Of a stretch of DNA of 32,000 nt, positions 25,510 to 32,000 are shown one piece after another; within the stretch, counting starts at the first letter, position 1; the number at the start of each line of letters is the position of its first letter. The notes below the pieces were generated by a model that saw nothing but the letters and a program-made list of their open reading frames with translations, searched no databases and was not told the DNA's origin. The translations under genes were made by a program, and so were the position numbers. Source of the stretch: Acaryochloris marina S15. GTDB lineage: Bacteria > Cyanobacteriota > Cyanobacteriia > Thermosynechococcales > Thermosynechococcaceae. The stretch covers positions 150,001 to 182,000 of the forward strand of contig NZ_CP064927.1 in the NCBI RefSeq assembly GCF_018336915.1, in the 5' to 3' direction.

Positions 25510-26656
25510 GGGAGCATGTCACCTTTGCATGCCAATTAAACCATTGAGATAAGCACACCGATGTGCAAGCACTTGCGGAACATTGCTTTCATTCCACTGC
25601 GCCCCTGAAATTTTGACTCTGCGACTAATCTGTTTGATAGCAGATTCAACAGCTCCAGAGCCAATGGAACAAATTTGCTCACTCTGGTAATAGTCATAAT
25701 TGACGATCCGATGCCGATGTTTGCGAACATAGTTGCAAAAGACTTGGGCCTGCTTTTTCTTCAACGACTCAAACAGAGCCAAGGTTTCATCAACCTTCCC
25801 CTGCCATAAGAGTTGTTCCGCCTGGTGCAGACGTTTGAGAGATCCACCGACCTTATGAAGATTTTCCACCAGATGGTACCAGTCCAGAATTTCTCGTCGT
25901 TGCTCAGGTATGCTCAGCTGACTAACAATGTTCCAAATGCCATCATGACCATCCCCTAAGCAGGTCACTGGGGAGGCTAACGGTTGCTGGTGAGTCCAGC
26001 CAATGAGGCGGGCATTATTGTGATAATCCGCGATGAGTCCCACCTCTGTTGCCAGGGTTTTATAGTCTTTCCACTGACAAGGTTGTCCTGCAGGGGTGCG
26101 GATGCGCACTTTGCCACCATCTACACTTACTTCGGTTAAAACTTCGTGGGCCTGGGGCTCAGGAAACTGTTGTTGATGGACTAATCGTTGCTGAGTTTTG
26201 GCTGCAATCTGAATCCCGGTTAAATAAGCCACATCTTGAGCGGCTTGAGCGTAGGAGACATTCGCACTGATGCGTAAACAACAATTCTCTAAATGAGGAC
26301 TGATTTGACGATAGGAGGAAACAGCGAGATGCTGTGCCTGGTGAGTTGTAACGGTTAGAACACCCAAGGTGCTTTTCAGCTTTCGGTTACGGCCTGCTGC
26401 TGTGCCAGTAGCTGTGCGGATAAAAAATGACCGAGTTCGGGACTGACATGGGTCTGGATTTGCTGACGCACCGTCATCTCAATCCCTTCTAGCGTCTTCA
26501 TGTCTGCTGGATCGCTTTCCTCGTAGAGTAATTGAGCTATCGCATCGAGATGGATTTTGAGTTGAGCTGCTTTTTCTGAGTTCATCAATGAAGACTTCTG
26601 GGCAACACTTGTATCCTCTACTGTTTCACAACAATCTGCAAAGGTGACATGCTCCC
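25510..26656 (-). mobile_element. ISKra4-like insertion sequence (boundaries approximate)
   Basis: A 14-bp perfect inverted repeat, gggagcatgtcacc (25510-25523) / ggtgacatgctccc (26643-26656), encloses the transposase. The transposase stop codon lies inside the left repeat. No target duplication was identified, so the ends may extend a few bp. Confidence 0.55.
25519..26585 (-). pseudogene. ISKra4-like transposase in two frames (N-terminal part to 26376; C-terminal part 25519..26367 plus open upstream extension)
   Basis: C-terminal part: VSVDGGKVRIRT, CLGDGHDGIWNIV, ILDWYHLVENLHKVGGS, LWQGKVDE, KHRHRIVNYDYYQ and SIGSGAVESAIKQISRRVKISGAQW. The C-terminal frame stays open upstream to the T6 run (plus strand aaaaaa, 26422-26427). 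One extra T would join ..SPELGHF to FIRTATGTAAGRNRKLKSTLGVL.. The likely start is the ATG at 26585 (MNSEKAAQL..), just inside the right inverted repeat. Confidence 0.7.
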
Positions 26657-26792
26657 ATACATCTGAGCTTAGAATTATCAGATGTTGACTTGAGAGTGTA
26701 ATCATTCTTATATAATCAACCGTCTATTTCATATAATTAAAGTTTAGATCTCCAATTCTAATACAGGCTAACGTAGTTATTTATTTACACCT

Positions 26793-27740
26793 ATGCAAAG
26801 AGTGATTTCGGTTGTTTATATTAGCTGGATATTTATAAATACTCCTATTACACCAGCATATGCTCAGCCTTCTCAAGAAGTGATACAGTCGCCTGGAACT
26901 AAAAAAAATAGAACAATAAGACAACCAATATTATTAAGTCAACAGAGATTTACTAAGTCAGGAAGTAACGAACCTGAACCGGTATACATAGATCTCGGGA
27001 AAAGCGATAATTTCTTTAAAATAATTCTTAGTTTAATCGGGTCATCTATTGCAGTTATATCTCTCCCTATTTCTAAATTAATTAGCAAAAATATTGATAG
27101 AAAATCTGCACTCCAAGAGTCAAAAAAGATTAATGAAATTGCAGAACTTGTTAAGGCTGAATCAAAAATAGAAAATGTTGCTCTTGCCAGAACAATTGCT
27201 GAGAAATCTTTAGGCGAAGATACAATATTAGAAATTAAAGAAAAGATACAAAGTATTGAGATTGAAGTATCAGAATTAAATAGACCAATTAAGTCGGCAA
27301 TAGAAGGTTTGGTTAGAAACTATCATTCACAAGCTCTCAGGCAATCTGCAATTCAATTCTACTTTAGTTTAATAGCAGCAACTTTTGGTTTTGGTCTCAT
27401 CATATATGCAGGAATAGAAACATTAGATTCGAGAGACTCAGGAAAGATTATAAATACTATCCCAGGTGCAGTAATTAGCGGTGTCTCAGCACTATTTTTT
27501 AAGCAAGCTGAGGAAACTAGAAAGAGAGCCACAGATTTATATGATCGTCTACGTTCTGATGAAAGACAATTAAAGGCAATCTCCATTGCTAGTCAAATAG
27601 AAAGTCAGGAAGTTCGTTCACTTGTACAAGCGCAATTAGTGCTACACCTTGCAGATATAGAAACTGCGAACCCATTAGATCTCAGCTCTAAAATCCCTAA
27701 TTTAATAACATCGAAAGTCTTAAAAAGTGATGAAGCTTAG
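26793..27740 (+). CDS. Membrane protein: signal/TM region, coiled coil and a C-terminal two-TM hairpin module (resembles TRADD-N-associated / SLATT-like 2TM effector domains)
   Basis: The putative signal peptide is MQRVISVVYISWIFINTPITPAYA|QP. A TM helix is FFKIILSLIGSSIAVISLPI. A Glu/Lys/Ile-rich coiled coil spans about aa 105-175. The module itself reads QALRQSAIQFYFSLIAATFGFGLIIYAGI..(loop)..IINTIPGAVISGVSALFFKQAEETRKRATDLYDRLRSDERQLKAISIASQIESQEVRSLVQAQLVLHL. Confidence 0.55.
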   Translation: MQRVISVVYISWIFINTPITPAYAQPSQEVIQSPGTKKNRTIRQPILLSQQRFTKSGSNEPEPVYIDLGKSDNFFKIILSLIGSSIAVISLPISKLISKNIDRKSALQESKKINEIAELVKAESKIENVALARTIAEKSLGEDTILEIKEKIQSIEIEVSELNRPIKSAIEGLVRNYHSQALRQSAIQFYFSLIAATFGFGLIIYAGIETLDSRDSGKIINTIPGAVISGVSALFFKQAEETRKRATDLYDRLRSDERQLKAISIASQIESQEVRSLVQAQLVLHLADIETANPLDLSSKIPNLITSKVLKSDEA

Positions 27741-27883
27741 CAAACCCTAGGGTCTAAGGTTTGATGTGTGGACATAACGCTATCCCTCAACTGGTTTCGG
27801 GTTTTATTCCATCGGCAGAATAGGCTGTAACCGTTGTCCTACATAGCATTCCAACGATACAGACTAAAATGGCCCCAGCCTTT

Positions 27884-28043
27884 GGAAGCGTAATAGATTC
27901 GTAGTCTATATTTTATGATGAAGTTTATTCAGGGAACTACAAATAAATAAGGGAATTGTGATTCATTGATTTTACATTCCAATTAACCAATCATCGGAAC
28001 ATTGATAACTTCGCAGGTTAGACTATAAATCTATTACGCTTCC
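27884..28043 (+). mobile_element. MITE-like element, family B, complete copy (160 bp)
   Basis: The terminal inverted repeats ggaagcgtaatagattcgtagtcta ... tagactataaatctattacgcttcc are 25 bp with 2 mismatches. The interior is AT-rich and non-coding. Confidence 0.75.
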
Positions 28044-28135
28044 TATGACACTGTCACCCCGTTTTGAACCTGGCCAGTTTATCCATAGAATAAAGCCCGA
28101 AATGAGTTGAAGGAAATCAGCTCAAATATACTCTC

Positions 28136-28468
28136 TTAATTAGGAAATTTACATTTCACCTCAACCTCCAAATTTCCACCTACGGTTCCCTCCGTTATGA
28201 ATGGGATGCCAGCTTTGCCGCCCATATTGAGTCCAAACTTAAACGTTAATTCTTCAACCTCTGCCTTTGAAAAATTTTGAAATGCAGTAACTACATATTC
28301 AGTATAATCAAACATCAATTGTCGAGCTGCATCTAGTTTTATAATCGTATTTCTATTCAGGCCATATTCCTGAATATCATCATCACCAGGAGCAGCCATA
28401 ATATTCAGATCAACCTCAATTTCACTAATTTCTTCTTTATGCTGGAATGTAAGTTTTGCTTTAGACAT
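28136..28468 (-). CDS. trypco2-like (CU044_2847-type) small protein
   Basis: 110 aa from the ATG at 28468. The C-terminal beta-rich segment VEELTFKFGLNMGGKAGIPFITEGTVGGNLEVEVKCKF matches the E-l-x-F-x-f-G-v....a-G...........a-n-l-k-V-x-l-k pattern I recall for trypsin-co-occurring domain 2. It is divergently arranged 120 bp from the protease-STAND gene. Confidence 0.5.
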   Translation of the reverse strand: MSKAKLTFQHKEEISEIEVDLNIMAAPGDDDIQEYGLNRNTIIKLDAARQLMFDYTEYVVTAFQNFSKAEVEELTFKFGLNMGGKAGIPFITEGTVGGNLEVEVKCKFPN

Positions 28469-28588
28469 ATTGGCTATCACTAATTAATTTAACTAACATG
28501 ATCCATTAAAAATTGAATCTTGCATTCATTATAAAAGTTATATTATGCTTTGATTACTATTTTCGCTCAATTCAGAAGATAACGCTCA

Positions 28589-30622
28589 ATGGAAAGGGAA
28601 GCACTCGTAATTGGAATTCCTGAATATGACAACTTCAGTTCTCTACCAAAAACTACAATAGATGCTGAGGCTGTGGCAACACTGCTCGAAAAATATGGAG
28701 GCTTTAGAGTTGAGCGTTTACCCAAAAAATTAAATCCTGATAAAACTGGTCAAACCACTAAAGCAGATAAAGTTACTTATAAGCAGCTAGCAACTGCTCT
28801 CAAAGCTTTTATCCAAAGAGCTAATAACAAATACGCACTTATTTATTTCACTGGCCATGGATTTACAGAGCAGAGCTTATTAGGAAGGACACGGGGGTTT
28901 CTATGTCCATCTGATTGCTCTATCAAACATAATGATGAAGGCATTATTTCTAGTCAAGTGAATGGTTTAGATTTTGAAGAATTAAACCATTCACTTGAGC
29001 AAGCACAATTCAGCCAACTGGTATTGCTACTGGATTGTTGTCATAGTGGATATTTTATTGAAAGATATCAAGTTGAGAATGGCTTAAAAACATTCTTAGG
29101 ATCAAAAGATTTTTATCTGATCACTGCTTGTTTAAGTAGTGAAACTGCAAAAGCGATCATAAGCAAAGAGAACAGCGTTTTTTCTGGAGCAGTTATCCGT
29201 GGTCTCTCACAAGAGAATCAAGATCATGATGGAAAGATCAGTGCCAGTCGTCTATTCGATTTTATTCAAAGAGAGTTGAAGAGCCGACTCCAAGAACCTC
29301 TACACCTAGGTTCTGGTAGTTCAATTAATCTATTAACATACGGAAATATTGAATCAAGCACACCCGTAATTCTCGATGGCAACGGTGAACCACAATGTCC
29401 CTATCGAGGTTTATCTCCTTTTGAAGTTGAACACGAAAAATTTTATTTTGGACGAAGAGCTGAAGTACAAGAAATCATCCAAAAACTGTATTGCTTCTCG
29501 TTCGTATCCATTATTGGAGCATCAGGGAGTGGTAAGTCTTCGTTAGTAAAGGCTGGGTTAATTCCCCATCTTGAAGATGAATGGCATATTTTGAATTCTA
29601 TTAAACCAGATGCTCGACCTATAGTTAATTTAGGTCAAGCAATTGGCAGTCTGTTCGAACTATCCTGTGATCGTAAACAGATCATAGAACTGCTTGAAAA
29701 AGATGGTATTTCACCAGTTTTAGAGATGTTATCAAAGACTACTTTAATGAATTCAGGGAAGCAGAAAATATTGCTAGTGATTGATCAGTTTGAAGAGGTT
29801 TTTACTATCTGTGTTTCTGGTAAAGAAAGATCGCAATTTATTGAGTGTATGGCTGCGGTAAAAGCTCATGATAATTCTCCTTTATCTATTGTAATGACGA
29901 TAAGATCTGAGTTTACACATGATCTTTTTCAAGTCTACAACAATCTTTTTCAGAGGAATAAAGATTCAATACTTTGGTTGGGTCAACTACAAGGAGAGGA
30001 CTTGCGGGAGGCTATTAAACTACCAGCAATGAATCAAGGTTATACCCTGGAGGCAGGGTTAATGGAATTGCTTGTGAATGATGTTCAGGCTGAAATGAAC
30101 TTTCTGCCCTTGCTAGAATTTGCATTAACTGAATTATGGGATAGACGAGAAAAAGCTAGAAAAGAGCTTCCGCTTCGTACTTATATGGATATGAATCGCT
30201 TGTCAGGAGCATTAGATAAGCGTGCGGAAGATGTATATAACGATGCTTTAAGAACAGAAGATGAACGTTCCTGGATTAAGCGCATTTTTTTGGAGTTAGT
30301 TCGTTTTGGTATACAAGGTATAGATACAAGAGAGCGCAAAACTCGTAAAAGTCTAATAGCAATGGGACCAACCCCAACAGAACAAAGTGTAATTGACAAG
30401 GTAATTGAAGTCCTCATACAAGGCCGGCTATTAGCATCAACCAATGAGCATGAAATTGACTTGGTCCATGAAACCTTAATGTCTGGCTGGAAACGCTTCT
30501 CTAAGTGGCGGAAAGAGAATCGTGAGGACAAACTATTAGTTCAGCAACTTGGGGATGCCGTGACAGAATGGCAACGTGAAGGAGACTCTTTTCTATTACA
30601 AGGGGGGGCTAGCAAAGGTTAG
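28589..30622 (+). CDS. Caspase-like (peptidase C14) domain fused to a STAND-class P-loop NTPase (nSTAND1/NACHT-like); frame ends prematurely after a G7 run
   Basis: Caspase dyad: ALIYFTGHGF (His codon 28856-28858) and LVLLLDCCHSGYF (Cys codons 29036-29041). NTPase: PYRGLSPFEVEHEKFYFGRRAEV, Walker A IIGASGSGKSSLVKAGLIP (from 29516) and Walker B-like KILLVIDQFEEVFT. Helical arm: LPLLEFALTELWDRR ... LVHETLMSGWKRFSKW. The stop comes 4 codons after gggggggg-less run ggggggg at 30602-30608. Confidence 0.85.
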   Translation: MEREALVIGIPEYDNFSSLPKTTIDAEAVATLLEKYGGFRVERLPKKLNPDKTGQTTKADKVTYKQLATALKAFIQRANNKYALIYFTGHGFTEQSLLGRTRGFLCPSDCSIKHNDEGIISSQVNGLDFEELNHSLEQAQFSQLVLLLDCCHSGYFIERYQVENGLKTFLGSKDFYLITACLSSETAKAIISKENSVFSGAVIRGLSQENQDHDGKISASRLFDFIQRELKSRLQEPLHLGSGSSINLLTYGNIESSTPVILDGNGEPQCPYRGLSPFEVEHEKFYFGRRAEVQEIIQKLYCFSFVSIIGASGSGKSSLVKAGLIPHLEDEWHILNSIKPDARPIVNLGQAIGSLFELSCDRKQIIELLEKDGISPVLEMLSKTTLMNSGKQKILLVIDQFEEVFTICVSGKERSQFIECMAAVKAHDNSPLSIVMTIRSEFTHDLFQVYNNLFQRNKDSILWLGQLQGEDLREAIKLPAMNQGYTLEAGLMELLVNDVQAEMNFLPLLEFALTELWDRREKARKELPLRTYMDMNRLSGALDKRAEDVYNDALRTEDERSWIKRIFLELVRFGIQGIDTRERKTRKSLIAMGPTPTEQSVIDKVIEVLIQGRLLASTNEHEIDLVHETLMSGWKRFSKWRKENREDKLLVQQLGDAVTEWQREGDSFLLQGGASKG

Positions 30623-32000
30623 AGAAAGGTGGTCAACTCTCCATAAGATAGTCACACCTCTAGTTCGAGATTTTTATCAATGCAGCATTGATAAAGAAGT
30701 AGAGAAAATTGAAATTCTAGAGAAGGCTTTGAGGGAAGCGGAGTTACGAGAACAAGCCTGGAAAGTTATGTGTCTCATTCCTACTAACCTCCATGAGGCT
30801 GCAGCCTTGGCAATACAAAATACACAAAAGAGCGACGAACTTATCTATGGAGAAGTGCTTGCTCCTGTACAGGGGAATTTAAGAACTATTAGCGACAAGA
30901 TTGTAGAACTATACTGCTATCAAGACCACGGAGTTCCTTGTCTATCTGTAGCCTTTAGTCCCAATGGCCAGCAAATTGTGGGTGGTGATGATGATGGGAA
31001 CCTATGGTTATGGAATACATTTGAAACTTCCAGTGGCGTACCTTTCCATGGTCATACTGCTTCTGTGGGGTCCGTTGCCTTTAGCCCTGATGGTCAGAAG
31101 ATTATTAGTGGTAGTGATGATAAAACACTTCGACTATGGGATTCGCATGGTAATCAAATTGGCGATCTTTTTCGTGGTCATAAGTCTTCTGTTTGGACTG
31201 TAGCCTTTAACCCAAACAGTCGGACAATTGTTAGTGGAAGTGCTGACGGAACTCTAAGGCTATGGGATCTACAAGGAAATACTATTGGTAAACCTTTTGA
31301 CTGCCACGGGATTACAGTACTTTCCGTAGCTTTTAGTCCTAATGGCCAATACATTGTCAGTGGTAGTAAAGATAAAACTTTAAGGCTATGGGATTTACAA
31401 GGAAATACTATTGGTAAACCTTTTTATGGTCATGATGATTTTGTTTTTTCAGTGGCCTTTAATCCTAATGGTCAGCAAATTGTTAGTGGTAGTGCTGATG
31501 GAACTCTAAGGCTATGGGATCTACAAGGAGATACTATTGGTAAACCTTTCCATGGTCATACTGCTTCTGTGGGGTCCGTTGCCTTTAGCCCTGATGGTCA
31601 GAAGATTATTAGTGGTAGTGATGATGGGACCGTACGGATATGGGATATATTCGGACACCCCATTTGTAAACCTCTTCATGGTCATGCTAATTCTGTTCTG
31701 TCTGTTGCCTTTTGCTATGATTGCCAGACAGTGGTCAGTAGTGGAGATGATAAAACAGTTCGACTATGGGATATAAAAAACCATACTATTTCTACTCTCC
31801 AAGGCCATATTGGTATGGCTTGGTCCGTAGCCTTTAGTCCTAATGGCCAACAAATTGTCAGTGGTAGTAATGACAAAACAGTTCGACTATGGGATACACA
31901 AGGCAATTCTATTAGAGACCCTTTTCATGGTCATACTGATTCTGTTTTGTCCGTAGCCTTTAGTCCTAATGGCCAACAAATTGTCAGTGGTAGTAATGAT
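30609..32000 (+). CDS. Continuation of the STAND protein in the +1 frame: linker plus WD40 beta-propeller repeats (runs off the window end)
   Basis: This frame is not in the supplied ORF track. I translated it by hand: it is open from 30564 to 32000. It reads LAKVRERWSTLHKIVTPLVRDFYQCSIDKEVEKIEILEKALREAELREQAWKVM..., followed by repeated GH..SV.SVAFSPDGQ.I(V/I)SGS.D.T(L/V)RLWD units. Confidence 0.85.
30924..32000 (+). repeat. Tandem 126-bp WD40-coding units (at least 8.5 units in the window) with very high DNA identity between units
   Basis: One example is the 81-bp perfect repeat cctttccatggtcatactgcttctgtggggtccgttgcctttagccctgatggtcagaagattattagtggtagtgatgat at 31041-31121 and 31545-31625 (offset 504 = 4 x 126). 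Another is ggaactctaaggctatgggatctacaagga at about 31250 and about 31500. A third is tccgtagcctttagtcctaatggccaacaaattgtcagtggtagtaatga at about 31822 and about 31951. Confidence 0.9.

Noticed and set aside
25369-27883. The possibility that the whole 2.5-kb segment between the 119-bp repeats is one composite transposon carrying the 2TM gene
   Set aside because: I found no inverted repeats at the segment ends. The only convincing terminal repeats (14 bp) enclose just the transposase region 25510..26656. I kept the observation only as a direct-repeat bracketing finding.
30964-31906. ORF-track entries 30964..31203 (+), 31537..31776 (+) and 31715..31906 (-), with odd hydrophobic, Met/Val-rich translations
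   Set aside because: They are out-of-frame or antisense readings of the WD40 repeat DNA. The frame that yields canonical GH...SVAFSPDGQ..SGS.D.T.RLWD units is a different one, open from 30564 to 32000.
30924-32000. A regular 126-bp periodicity that could superficially suggest a CRISPR-like or satellite array
   Set aside because: The period equals one 42-aa WD40 unit. The whole tract is one open reading frame with WD40 signatures, and there is no repeat-spacer organisation.

Overview
The gene content looks cyanobacterial: an RRM-type Rbp, HU, a short sigma-70 factor, a class A PBP, SepF-core proteins and a WD40-STAND protein. This is an inference; no marker gene is present. Ordinary chromosomal genes are interleaved with heavily rearranged accessory DNA. 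I can support about 30 coding regions. Mobile DNA comprises four IS elements with recognisable ends (IS1-like, IS256, ISL3, ISKra4-like), a second ISKra4-like fragment split by the IS256, IS5-, Tn3- and IS1634-like remnants, and two MITE families. I found no rRNA, tRNA or CRISPR array. The main leads are listed below. (1) At 28.1-32.0 kb a small trypco2-like gene sits divergently from a caspase-like protease / STAND P-loop NTPase / WD40 protein. This is an NLR-like conflict module. It is split by one base in a G7 run, and its WD40 units are near-identical at DNA level. (2) At 13.0-15.0 kb there is a DUF4157 (HExxH) polymorphic-toxin-like protein with a C-terminal His...NNC papain-like module and an AT-rich downstream ORF that may encode immunity. 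(3) At 26.8-27.7 kb there is a coiled-coil plus 2TM membrane protein resembling 2TM effector modules of conflict systems, inside a 2.5-kb segment bracketed by a perfect 119-bp direct repeat. (4) A 589-bp coding module occurs twice, 7105 bp apart. It shows a 5'-diverged / 3'-near-identical gradient, and each copy abuts a 5'-truncated gene on the opposite strand. (5) Three transposases each need a -1 shift and the STAND gene needs a +1 shift, all at short homopolymer runs. This points to systematic homopolymer miscalls, programmed slippage or decay. All family names come from motif recall, not database searches.
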